From assembly GCA_038087875.1 (NCBI GenBank), contig CM075977.1:161200001-161264000 (forward strand): a DNA stretch of 64,000 nt, read 5' to 3'. The notes below the pieces were generated by a model. The model had not been told where the DNA came from and ran no database searches. It was given only the letters and a program-made list of their open reading frames with translations. Shown one piece after another: positions 50,746 through 62,870 of this stretch. Position 1 is the first letter of the stretch, and each line of letters begins with the position of its first letter. Origin of the DNA: Malacoraja senta (lineage: Eukaryota). A program made the translations under genes and the position numbers.

Positions 50746-50941
50746 CGATCTATAAAGGTGTAATAAGGTCTTGTGAAGTGTGACAATTAGCAAATTAGAT
50801 TAAAAGCATCTCAATGAATCAAAACCATTTAATATATGGCATATTCTGACACATTAATGTTGTAGAGGCAAATGCATGTTACTGCACACACAATTAATGT
50901 TGCAAGCCCTGACTTAGTTGATAGGTGAAGGTTATTTGTAC

Positions 50942-50992
50942 CTTATTCTGGGTGTGGCTCCACAACATGCTTACAACTTGCTCTCTGAATTT
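50942..50992 (-). CDS. FOCAD: FOCAD exon F: KFREQVVSMLWSHTQNK
   Basis: Polypyrimidine tract plus ctctag acceptor, gtacaa donor; 51 nt. Confidence 0.92.
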
Positions 50993-51339
50993 CTAGAGAG
51001 AAAAAAACACTCTGATCAATAAATGTAATCTAGTAAACAGTCCAAAAACATTAGACATTAATTAAATTTCAACAAGCCAACAACAGGCATTTCAAATCAA
51101 ATTCACAACACTAAGAACCTTTCAGGCAGTTAATCGTCGCTACATGTGAAATTATTCATTGTATTATGGACAAAGCAGAAATTAATGGACAAACCAATTA
51201 TCATTATTTTCGCTAAAACAATGACACCTGGCACCATATTTAAAATTAGGTGATTGGGGGGGGGGCTAAAGTCCTCATGTTGATCATGCCTGGGAGAGAA
51301 CTCCACCAGCAGAAGTGCTGTGCAAGGCTCATCTGAAGA

Positions 51340-51810
51340 CTCCTTGAAGTGCAGGAGGTCGAGGGGTGGTCTTATGGAGGTGTATACAATTATGAAGGGA
51401 ACTGATTGGAGAATCAACAACCAGAGGAGATAGGTTTAAGGTGAGAGGGGAAAGATTTAATAGGAACATGAGGGGCAAATTGTTTCACATAGAGGGTGGT
51501 GGATATAGGGAACCAACTGCCAATGGAGGTTGAAGGTACACAAAAATGCTGGAGAAACTCAGCGGGTGCAGCAGCATCTATGGAGCGAAGGAAATAGGTA
51601 ACGTTTCGGGCCGAAACCCTTCTTCAGACAATGGAGGTTGTTGAGGCAGATAATATAACAACATTTAAAAGACATTTGGGCAAATACATGGATAGGAAAG
51701 GTTTAGAGGGATATGAGACAAACACGGGAATGTGGGACTAATATAGATGAGGCATCTTGGTCGGCATGAACAAGTTGGGCCAAAGGACCTGTTTCCATCC
51801 AGTATGACTG
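51340..51810 (+). mobile_element. CR1 3' fragment split by a hammerhead mini-element
   Basis: EVYTIMKG..RGKLFH.EGG and CR1 3' UTR. Confidence 0.75.
51533..51628 (-). mobile_element. 96-bp Penelope-derived hammerhead mini-element with 12-bp TSD
   Basis: TSD caatggaggttg at 51521-51532 and 51629-51640; core CUGAAGA-A-GGGU(UUCG)GCCC-GAAACGUU at 51600-51627. Confidence 0.85.
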
Positions 51811-52610
51811 GATAACACTCAGTATTAAACAGATCAAGATAAGTCAAGTTGACCAACAAAATCTCTTCTTCCACTGACCATATACAAAGTAAGCTCACAT
51901 GAGTTTTTACTCAGCCTATTAACACGCCTAGCCAAGGATGACACAAGAAGATAGACACAATATGCTGGAGTAACTCAGCGGGACAAGCAGCATCTCTGGA
52001 GAGAAGAAATGGGTGACGTTTTGGGTCAAGACCCTTCTTCAGACTGCGAGTCAGGGGAAAGGGAAACGAGAGATATAGACAGTGATGTAGAGAGATATGG
52101 AACAAATGAATGAAAGATATGCATAAAAGCAGATCTTAACCTCATTGCCCAAAATATTCTTAAAATTGTAAATAGAGGTTATCTCAAGAGTCTCTTATTT
52201 TCAAATCCTACATCTGCCCTATAATATTTTATCTAAATCTAGAATTCAATGCTTCATTTCATCTTTATTCAGTTTCACACAGAAAGCAGAGATGACATTT
52301 CAGCAGTGTAGCCTAATCAACATCCATAAAAAGACTAAGTAAGAATTTAGACGTGATCTCTTCAGACGTGATCACTTCCAAGTTCTCCAAGGCTTTGGAC
52401 ATAGGGCAGTGTCTAAAAACAGGTCATCCACAAATCATAATGACCCACAAATCATAGCACCCATAAATTGCAAAGACATTTTCCTGCAAAACCCCCAAAA
52501 TCTTTGAAGAACCTTCCATTATTAGTTCTTTTTAAGCATTCTCTTGCCATGAATTTATTTGAGTTCTATTTGTGTTTTCCTTTGTCAAATCATTGACTGA
52601 TGCTACTTAC

Positions 52611-52745
52611 CTCATATTCGATGCACTTAAGATTTAGCGAAGGAACCAGAGCAAACACTTCAGTCAGGGCTCTGACAACCAGTGGTCGTGAGTCACAGCT
52701 GAGCTTCGAAGACAGAGCATGCCATGTGGAACGAATGTCAACCAC
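52611..52745 (-). CDS. FOCAD: FOCAD exon E: VVDIRSTWHALSSKLSCDSRPLVVRALTEVFALVPSLNLKCIEYE
   Basis: gtttag acceptor, gtaagt donor; 135 nt. Confidence 0.95.
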
Positions 52746-53040
52746 CTAAACAAGAAAAAGGATTTCCAACGGGATGTTTGCTATCCAGGATATCATTATT
52801 GAATTGCTATGGTTTGCTTCTAACTGCTTCAAGTTTCCTGAATCTCCCTTCAATTGTATTTTACGCCAAACAGGTTTCATATTAAAATGTCATAAGAAAG
52901 ATGAGGCGATTTGAAAAAATGCAGTGGTGGTAACCATATAAGTCGTCAGAGGGATGAGCAGGAAATAAGGAATATGAACAGTAATGATAAAAGAAATGAG
53001 GAGGGAAAACGTGAGACAAAAAGTAAATAAGATGCGTGGT

Positions 53041-53217
53041 TAGACACAAAATACTGGAGTAACTCAGTGGGACAGGCAGAATCTCTGGCGAGAAGGAATG
53101 GGTGACATTTTGTGTTGAGACCCTTCAGTCTGAAGAATTTTGTGTATTTTGTGTTAAATTTCCAGTATTTTGTGTCTGTCTTCAGTGTGAACCAGCATCT
53201 TCAGTTCCTTTGCTCAC
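53041..53217. mobile_element. Inverted Penelope-tail element with 14-bp TSD
   Basis: ataagatgc(g/a)tggt at 53027-53040 and 53218-53231. Confidence 0.8.
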
Positions 53218-53699
53218 ATAAGATGCATGGTGGGAGGTCTTCGGAGGTTTAACTGTGTGTGGGTTCCCCGAAGATATACAAATGTGAGAAAAAGATTAAA
53301 GACAGAGGAGTGGTGTTTCATTTTGAATTAATACTCTGCAACTTCCAATATAGTGTTGGGAAAAGTAAGTATAAGAATCTGAACTTCAGATGACCATTTA
53401 TGTGCTGGAAGCATACTTGAAAAATCTAGACACCTAATCATAACTAAACAAACTACTTAATTTCTGCCAGTTTTGAATTCACTGAATACAAAGTGTCCCG
53501 CAATTTTATACCCATCAAATCAACATTCACACTGAATGCTTGTAAAAAACAATGTCTAGATGTTAATCAGAGGCTTCAAACAATAACCTTTCGTTAGAAA
53601 GGAGAATGGGGATTACTTAAAAATCATAGAAAATTCTGAGTAATAAAACTACACCTGTAGTGGAATGATTGTACATTCAGAGTTGATGAGAACAGCCAG

Positions 53700-54352
53700 G
53701 TTAGAACATAGAACACACTTTCTCATATGAACAGACCCTTCGTCCAATGATGTCTGTGCCAAATATGGTGCTTACTTAAAATAATCTCTTTTTGCCTGTA
53801 TGTGATCCATATCCCTCCATTCCCTGCATATTCATGTGTCTATTTAAAAGCCTCTTAAATACCAGTCATATCTGCTTTCACCACCACCCCTGATATCTAC
53901 CACTCTGTAAAAAACTTGGTTGCACATCTCCTTTAAACTTTCTTCCTCTCACCTTATAGATATGTAAGTAAGTAAGTAAATTTTATTTAAATAGCACGTT
54001 TAAATCAACTCGTGTTGAAACCAAAGTGCTTTACATAGAAGAAATAATTAAGTTTCCGTACATCCATAGAAAAATTAAAACAAAAATTATGCCCTCTAGT
54101 CTTTGACATTTCTACCCTGGGCAAAAGGTTCTGACTATCTACCCTATCTATATCTTTCATAATTTTATATACTTCTATGAGGTCTCCCCTCAAACCTCCA
54201 ATGCTACAATGAAAATAATCTAAATTTGTCTAACCTCTCCTAAGAGTGAATGCACTTCAATCCAGACAGCAACCCTGTAAACTTCTTCTGCACCCTCTAA
54301 CACCTCCACATCCTTCCTTCCTTAAGGGCAATGGGACAACTAGAAATGCACA
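53700..54352 (-). mobile_element. Decayed CR1 3' fragment (host of the Tc1; resumes near 57160)
   Basis: ORF 54005..54193 RGDLIEVYKIMK..TRGH. Confidence 0.75.
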
Positions 54353-54354
54353 TA

Positions 54355-57158
54355 CAGTGCCCTCCATAATGTTTTGGACAAAGATCCATCATTTATTTAT
54401 TTACCTCTGAACGCCACAATTTGAGATTTGTAATAGAAAAAATCACATGCGGTTAAAGCACACATTGTTAGATTTTAATAAAGGCCATTTTTGTACATTT
54501 TGGTTTCACCATGTAGAAATTACAGCAGTGTTTATACATAGACCCCCATTTCAGGGCACCATAATGTTTGGGACACAGCAATGTCATGTAAATGAAAGTA
54601 GTCATGTTTAGTATTGCGTTGCATATCCTTTGCATGCAATGACTGCTTAAAGTCTGCGATTCATGGACATCACCAGTTGCTGGGTGTCTTCTCTGGTGAT
54701 GCTCTGCCAGGCCTGTATTGCAGCCATCTTTAGCTTATGCTTGTTTTGGGGGCTAATCCCCCTGAAGAGGATTCTCTTCAGCATATAAAAGGCATGCTCA
54801 ATTGAGTTCAGATCAGGTGATTGACGGCCACTCAAGAATTGACAATTTTTTAGCTTTGAAAAACTCCTTTGCTGCTTTAGCAGTATGTTTGGGACCATTG
54901 TCTGGCTGTAGAATGAACTGTCAGCCAATGAGTTTTGAGGCATTTGTTTGAACTTGAGCAGAGAGGATGTGTCTATACACTTCAGAACTCATTATGCTAC
55001 TCCCATCAGCTATTGTATCATCAATGAAGATAAGTGAGCCAGTACCTTCAGCAGCCATACATGCCCAGGCCAGAACACCCCCACCACCATGTTTCACAGA
55101 TGAGGTGGTATGCTTTGGATCTTGGGCAGTTCCTTCTCTCCTCCATACTTTGCTCTTGCCATCACTCTGATGTAAGTTAATCTTCGTCTCATCAGTCCAC
55201 AAGACCTTTTTCCAGAACTGTGGTTGTTCTTTTAAGTACTTCTTAGCAAACTGTAACTTGGCCATCCTATTTTTGCAGCTAACCAGTGGTTTGCATCTTG
55301 CAGTGTAGTCTCTGTATTTCTGGTCATGAAGTCTTTTGTGGACAGTGGTCATTGACAAATCCACACCTGACTCTTGAAGACTGTTTCTGATCTGTCGGAC
55401 AGGTGTTTAGGGATTTTTCTTTATTATAGAGATAATTCTTCTGTCATCAGCTGTGGGGGTCTTCCTTGGCCTGCCAGTCCCTTTGCGATTAGTAAACTCG
55501 CCAGTGCTCTCTTTCTTCTTAACGATGTTCCAAACAGTTTGATTTGGTAAGCCTAAGGTTTGGCTGATTTCTCTAACAGTTTTATTCTTGTTTTTCAGTC
55601 ACATAATGGCTTCTTTGGCTTACATTGGCACATCTTTGATCCTCATATTGATAAACAGCAATAACATAGAAACATAGAAAATAGGTGCAGGAGTAGGCCA
55701 TTCGGCCCTTCGAGCCTGCACCGCCATTTAATATGATCATGGCTGATCATCCAACTCGGTATCCTGTACCTGCCTTCTCTCCATACCCCCTGATCCCTTT
55801 AGCCACAAGGGCCACATCTAACTCCCTCTTAAATATAGCCAATGAACTGGCCTCAACTACCTTCTGTGGCAGAGAGTTCCAGAGATTCACCACTCTCTGT
55901 GTGAAACATGTTTTTCTCATCTTGGTCCTAAAGGATTTCCCCTTAATTCTTAAACTGTGACCCCTTGTCCTGGACTTCCCCAACATCGGGAACAATCTTC
56001 CTGCATCTAGCCTGTCCAACCCCTTAAGAATTTTGTAAGTTTCTATAAGATCTGCCCTCAATCTTCTAAATTCTAGCGAGTACAAGCCGAGTCTATCCAG
56101 TCTTTCTTCATATGAAAGTCCTGACATCCCAGGAATCAATCTGGTGAACCTTCTCTGTACTCCCTCTATGGCAAGAATGTCTTTCTTCAGTTTTGGAGAC
56201 CAAAACTGTACGCAATACTCCAGGTGTGGTCTCACCAAGACCCTGTACAACTGCAGTAGAACCTCCCTGCTCCTATACTCAAATCCTTTTGCTATGAATG
56301 CTAACATACCATTCGCTTTCTTCACTGCCTGCTGCACCTGCATGCCTACTTTCAATGACTGGTGTACCATGACACCCAGGTCTCGTTGCATCTCCCCTTT
56401 TCCTAATCGGCCACCATTTAGATAATAGTCTACTTTCCTGTTTTTGCCACCAAAGTGGATAACCTCACATTTATCCACATTATACTGCATCTGCCATGCA
56501 TTTGCCCACTCACCCAGCCTATCCAAGTCACCTTGCAGCCTCCTAGCATCCTCCTCACAGCTAACACTGCCCCCCAGCTTCATGACATCCGCAAACTTGG
56601 AGATGTTCCAAAGGTGATGGAAATGTAGGCTGATATTATGGTGCAGTACGAAAGGAGTGCAGGAGATGCTGCCTGTCAGATGAGTCACAAATCCTCCCAA
56701 CTCCCACCACTGCCATCCACCCCCAGCCTCGAGGTGGAGGCTGAAGCTTCCAATCTATTGATTTGAGGGTAAGCATGGGGGACAACATTGGTCCTCATGT
56801 TGATAAACAGCAATAAAAGTTTCCAAAGGTGATGGAAAGATTGGAGGAAAGACTAGGTGCTGAGAGCTCTCTTATACCTGCATTAAGGAGGTAATTAAAC
56901 AGACCTGAGCAATTGCAAACGCCTGTGAAGCCATGTGTCCCAAACATTATGGTGCCCTGAAATGGGGGGGACAATGTATAAACACAGCTGTAATTTCTAC
57001 ATGGTGAAACCAAAATGTATAAAAATACCCTTTTATAAAATCTGACAATGTGCACTTTAACCACATGTGATATTTTCAATTAAAAATCTCAAATTGTGGA
57101 GTACAGAGGCATATAAATAAATAATGGGTCTTTGTCCCAAACATTATGGAGGGCACTG
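54355..57158 (-). mobile_element. Tc1-family (IR/DR-type) DNA transposon, decayed, with CR1 insertion
   Basis: Long terminal IRs of about 225 bp starting cagtgccctccataatgt with internal DR; TA on the left; transposase motifs VLWTDETK, KHGGG, QSPDLNSIEH. Confidence 0.92.
55664..56605 (-). mobile_element. Young 5'-truncated CR1 LINE inside the Tc1
   Basis: Open [34 protein letters not shown] to stop; (ctatgttt)n tail. Confidence 0.92.
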
Positions 57159-57378
57159 TGACTAAAGTCCTAAAAAGCCGCAACATTACGCCCTGACTCT
57201 TATATATTAAATACAATCAAGGAAGGGATTCATGCCGTCTGGCTTCTTTCCCACTATTTACTTGTGTTGACACTTTCAGGGAGCTATGGGCTTGGACCCC
57301 AAGAGATATATATATTGGTTTATAGCTTGAAACTGGGAATGACTTCTTCGCATTACTGAACAATCTGATCATGCTCAC

Positions 57379-57505
57379 CTCAGCTTGGCACATTGCATGC
57401 AGGCCCTGGAGTGCAAGTACTGCAGGTGTAGCTTGGTCTGGTCTTGTACATTCATTCAGCACCTTGGAGATTGCTGCTAACATATCAGCTCCATGCTGGT
57501 AAGGC
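57379..57505 (-). CDS. FOCAD: FOCAD exon D: PYQHGADMLAAISKVLNECTRPDQATPAVLALQGLHAMCQAE
   Basis: tgttag acceptor, gtgagc donor; 127 nt, phase 2/0 compatible with exon C; overlaps ORF 57217..57483. Confidence 0.96.
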
Positions 57506-57583
57506 CTAACAAAAAGATAGAAATATGAAAAGAGAAATGTAAAAATATCAACTATGGACTAAATTTTGCCTTCCAAACCAATG

Positions 57584-57803
57584 TGTAGGAAAAAACTGCA
57601 TATGCTGGTTTAAATTGAAGGCATACACAAAATGCTGGAGTAACTCAGCGGGGCAGGCAGTATCTCTGGAGAGAACGAATGGGTGACGTTTCGGGTTCGA
57701 GACCCTTCTTCAGTCTGAAGAAGGGTCTCGACTCGAAACGTCACCCATTCCTTCTCTCCAGAGATGCTGCCTGTCCCGCTGAGTTACTCCAGCATTTTGT
57801 GTC
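57584..57803. mobile_element. Palindromic double-hammerhead Penelope-tail element with TSD of up to 17 bp
   Basis: Centre cttcttcag-t-ctgaagaag; cores at 57685-57713 (-) and 57715-57742 (+); tgccttccaaaccaatg at 57567-57583 and 57804-57820. Confidence 0.88.
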
Positions 57804-58374
57804 TGCCTTCCAAACCAATGCAGCTTGAGACGCAATAACAGCTGATACAAGGGGTGCACAATCTGCAATGATATCGCCTCAGAGTTCCACTTCATTGGGA
57901 ATTGTCAAAAACAGCATGAAGAAATGAACCTGCTTGGTAGGCAACAGCCTTAACATAAAAATTCAGAAACTTGCTTCACAGGAGTAGTCACTTGGCCCAT
58001 TGCTGGAAATAGTGGAAAGCTTAAATAACTATTTTACCTTAGGTGAATTTAAACAACCGAGTACCGATTAACAAACCTCAATTGATGTTAAAAATTGAAA
58101 TAACATGTTTCTCTCCGTTGTTGAATATTTTGAACGAAACCTCAGTTAAAACTAAGTTTTACCTCAGTTTAAAACTAACCTCAGTTAAAACCTTCGAAGA
58201 GCAACTGAGGTAAATCAACTAACAGAGAAGGAAAAGGAATCACACCATGAGCTAATAAATGGAGTACACCCGTTCACACTCTTAGCTATTTTTTTCTGTA
58301 GCTGTACATGAGGTACGAGTTTAGGGGCAATATGCAAAATGCAACACAGATTTTTGCTGAAGTGCCTTTCTCAC

Positions 58375-58505
58375 CTCTTTCTGCAGATCTCCCTGATTGA
58401 CGCAGCTTTGGCTATTAATTGCTCCCAGTGGTCTTCTTTAGCACAAGAGACAGATGGAGCATCAACTAATGCCATATATTTCTGCAGCTCTGGATACACA
58501 CGATC
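58375..58505 (-). CDS. FOCAD: FOCAD exon C: DRVYPELQKYMALVDAPSVSCAKEDHWEQLIAKAASIREICRK(R)
   Basis: tcttag acceptor, gtgaga donor; 131 nt, ends phase 2; DRVYPELQ and LIAKAASIR motifs. Confidence 0.95.
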
Positions 58506-59019
58506 CTAAGAAGTGAATGAAAAACTGTGTAGTCTCAAACTAAGAAGATATTCAATTATTATGCGTGGTCAAGAAGTGCATAATAATTTTAAAATCAACA
58601 TGTACAACATTGCACTTCATAATAAAGGAAAAAAACCTTCAGACAAAAGAAACATTATCCAAGCACAAAATTAAATTAAATTTCCAGATTGTGGAAGAAA
58701 ATATTAAAACTAACGGTATGCCATGAGTTTCAAGGACATCAACCATTCAGTTTGTTTTCCAATTATGAATAAACAGTTTTGCAGCTTACAAGAGTTTATT
58801 CTGCAAAAATGGTTGAACAGCCACTCTGGTAATACATTCAGGAGGTTCACCTAGAATTATACCAATGCACCAAAGAAATGGACTAGAATGGATTGCTGCA
58901 AGCCCAATCACCAAATATTAAATAAGGTAACTTGCACAAAACAGGCTTACCCCATGAAACCACTGTCTTATACAAGATCCTATTCAAAATTAATCATGTA
59001 CCTGTTGTTCCAAATAATA

Positions 59020-62000
59020 CCCATATAACCATATAACAATTACAGCACGGAAACAGGCCCTCTCGGCCCTTCTAGTCCGTGCCGAACACTTACTCTCACC
59101 TAATCCCATCTAACTGCACTCAGACCATAACCCTCCATTCCTTTCCCGTCCATATACCTATCCAATTTATTTTTAAATGATAAAATCGAACCTGCCTCCA
59201 CCACTTCCACTGGAAGCTCATTCCACACAGCTACCACTCTCTGAGTAAAAAAGTTCCCCCTCATGTTACCCCTAAACTTTTGTCCCTTAATTCTTAAATA
59301 ATGTCCTCTTGTTTGAATCTTCCCTACTCTCAATGGAAAAAGCTTATCCACGTCAACTCTGTTTAGCCCTCTCATAATTTTAAAGACCTCTATCAAGTCC
59401 CCCCTTAACCTTCTGCGCTCCAAAGAATAAAGTCCTATCTTGTTCAACATGACTTCATCGGACAGAACCAGCATGGTTTTGTGAAGGGAAAGTCCTGTTT
59501 AACGAATCTGCTCGAATTCTTTGAGGAAGTAACAACCCGGGTGGATAAAGGGGTACCGGTGGATGTGGTATACTTGGACTTCCAAAAGGCTTTTGACAAG
59601 GTGCCACATAAGAGACTATTGCTAAAAATAAAAAATTATGGGATTGGGGGTAATATATTAGCATGGGTAGAGGATTGGCTAACAAATAGGAAGCAGAGAG
59701 TGGGGATAAATGGTTCATATTCGGGATGGCAACCGGTAACTAGCGGGGTTCCGCAAGGGTCGGTGCTGGGACCCCAGTTGTTCACAATTTATATAAATGA
59801 TTTGGAGGAGGGAACCAAGTGTAATATATCAAAATTTGCGGACGATACAAAAATGGGAAGAAAAGTAGGGGATGAGGAGGATAGGAAGAGTCTGCAAAAG
59901 GATATAGATAAGCTAGGTGAGTGGGCAACAACTTGGCAGATGAAATTTAATACTAATAAATGTGAAGTCATTCACTTTGGGAAAAAAAATGATAGGGCAA
60001 GTTATTTTCTAAATGAGGAGGAGCTGCGCTGTAATGCAACGCAAAGGGATCTAGGGGTAGTAGTACATGAATCACTAAAAGTTAGTATGCAGGTGCAGCA
60101 AGCTATCAGGAAGGCCAATGGAGTTTTGGCCTTTATTGCTAGGGGGATTGAGTATAAAAACACGGAGGTCTTGCTGCAGCTGTACACAGTATTAGTGAGA
60201 CAACATTTGGAATACTGTGTACAGTTCTGGGGTCCATACTTAAGAAAGGATGTACTGGCCCTGGAGGCAGTGCAGCGAAGGTTTACAAGATTAATTCCTG
60301 CAATGAGGGGATTGACATATGAGGAAAGGTTAAGTAGGCTGGAACTCTACTCTTTGGAGTTTAGAAGAATGAGGCGATCTCATTGAAACATATAAGATCG
60401 TGAGGGGCCTTGATCGGGTGGATGCACCGAGGATGTTCCCAATGATCGGGGAAACTAGAACTAGGGGACATAGTTGCAGAATAAGGGGGGGGCTCTTTTA
60501 AAACTGAGATGAGGAAGAACTTCTTCACCCAGAGGGTGGTTAATTTATGGAATTCACTGCCCCAGGGAGCAGTGGAAGCAGAAACATTAAATATATTTAA
60601 GTCTAAAATAGATGGTTTTTTAGTTGCCAAGGGGATAAGGGGCTACGGGGAGAGGGCAGGGATATGGACCTAGGTAGGGTTAGTATAGTAAGACCTGAGT
60701 GATCTCCTGGACAAGTGTCGATCGCCTGGATTGGGGTCGGAGAGGAATTTCCCGGATTTTTTTCCCGAATTGGACCTGGGTTTTTATCCGTTTTTTTGCC
60801 TCCCCCAGGAGATCACGCGGTTCTTGGGGTGGAGAGGGGTGATAGCGGTATAAAGGGGAGGGTAGTGTCTTGTGTTCTGTGTCTTGTGTCTACTGTTTGT
60901 GGGTAGGGGTGTTTGTTTGGTGTTCAGCCATGAGCGAATGGCGGTGCGGGCTCGATGGACCTGGTGGTCTGCTCTCGCACCTACTTTCTATGATTCTATG
61001 ATCTAACCGTTCTCTGTAACGTAGGTGCTGAAACCCAGGCAACATTCTAGTAAATCTCCTCTGTACTCTCCCTATTCTGTTGACATCTTTCCTATAATTT
61101 GGCGACCAAAATTGTACACCATACTCCAGAATTGGCCTCACCAATGCCTTGTACAATTTTAACATTACATCCCAACTTCTATTCTCAATGCTCTGATTTA
61201 TAAAGGTCAGCACACCAAAAGCTTTCTTTACCACCCTATCTACATGAGATTCCACCTTCAGGGAACTATGCACAGTTATTCCTAGATCCCTCTGTTCAAC
61301 TGCATTCCTCAATTCGCTACCATTTACCATGTACGTCCTATTTTGATTTGTCCTGCCAAGATGTAGCACCTCACACTTATCAGCATTAAACTCCATCTGC
61401 CATCTTTCAGCCCACTCTTCCAAATGGCCTAAATCTCTCTGTAGACTTTGAAAATCTACTTCATTATCCACAACACCACCTATCTTAGTATCATCTGCAT
61501 ACTTACTAATCCAATTTACCACACCATCTTCCAGATCATTGATGTATATGACAAACAACAGTGGACCCAACACAGATCCCTGAGGCACCCCACTAGTCAC
61601 CGGCCTACAACCTGACAAACAGTTATCCACCATTACTCTCTGGTATCTCCCATTCAGCCACTGTTGAATCCACCTTGCTACTCCACTATTAATACCCAAC
61701 AATTGCACCTTCTTAACCAACCTTCCATGTGGAACCTTGTCAAAGGCCTTACTGAAGTCCATATAGACAACATCCACCACTTTACCCTCATCAATTTCCC
61801 TAGTAACCTCTTCACAAAATTCAAGAAGATTAGTCAAACATGACCTTCCAGGCACAAATCCATGTTGACTGTTCCTAATCAGACCCTGTTTATCCAGATG
61901 ATTATATATATTATCTCTAAGTATCGTTTCCATTAATTTGCCCACCACTGACATCAAACTAACAGGTCTATAATTGCTAGGTTTACTCTTAGAACCCTTT

Positions 62001-62640
62001 TTAAACAATGGAACAACATGCGCAGTACGCCAATCCTCCGGCACCGTTCCCGTTTCTAATGACATTTGAAATATTTCTGTCATAGCCCCTGCTATTTCTA
62101 CACTAACTTCCCTCAATGTCCTAGGGAATATCCTGTCAGGACCTAGAGACTTATCCACTTTTATATTTTTCAAAAGTGTCAGTACTTCCTCTTCTTTGAT
62201 CCAAATAGTTTCCATAGCTACTCTACTTGTTTCCTTTACCTCACATAATTCAATATCCTTCTCCTTGGTGAATATCAAAGAAAATAAATTGTTCAATATC
62301 TCCCCCATCTCTTTTGGCTCTGCAGATAGCTGTCCACTCTGACTCTCTAATGGACCAATTTTATCCCTCGTTATCCTTTTGCTATTAATATAGCTGTAGA
62401 AACCGTTTGGATTTACTTTCACCTTACTTGCCAAAACAACCTCAAATCTTCTTTTAGCTTTTCTAATTTCTTTCTTAAGATTCTTTTTTCATTCTTTATA
62501 CTCCTCAAGCACCTCATTTACTCCATGCTGCCTATAATTATTGTAGATCTCTCTCTTTTTCCGAACCAAGTGTCCAATTTCACTTGAAAACCATGGCTCT
62601 TTCCAATTATTACTCTTTCCTTTCAACCGAACAGGGACAT
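59020..62640 (-). mobile_element. CR1 LINE (RT to 3' tail), split by an antisense CR1
   Basis: ORFs 60890..62434 and 59100..59474 rejoin at RYRERL|NKIGLYSLE; NYRPVSL, GVPQGSVLGP, YADD motifs. Confidence 0.93.
59449..61004 (+). mobile_element. 5'-truncated CR1 LINE of a different subfamily with long 3' UTR
   Basis: ORF 59481..60386 QHGF..SCLTNL, GVPQGSVLGP, FADD; (ttctatga)n tail; aac duplicated at 59446-59448 and 61005-61007. Confidence 0.92.
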
Positions 62641-62870
62641 AAAGGGACAAACAGGGACATAATCCATACAATGTTCAATTTAACCACCCAAGCCATATGG
62701 CGATTTTCGTTGACTACAATTATTCCATAACAGACGTACATATAGATTTCTATTCTCCATTTGAAGAATACAAAACGTAATAATCTTCATTTGGACATTC
62801 TATAGAGTGCATCCTGTGGAAACTGCAGCGATAGCATTGTCTGGTGACGTATACACCAAGTGAATCTCAC

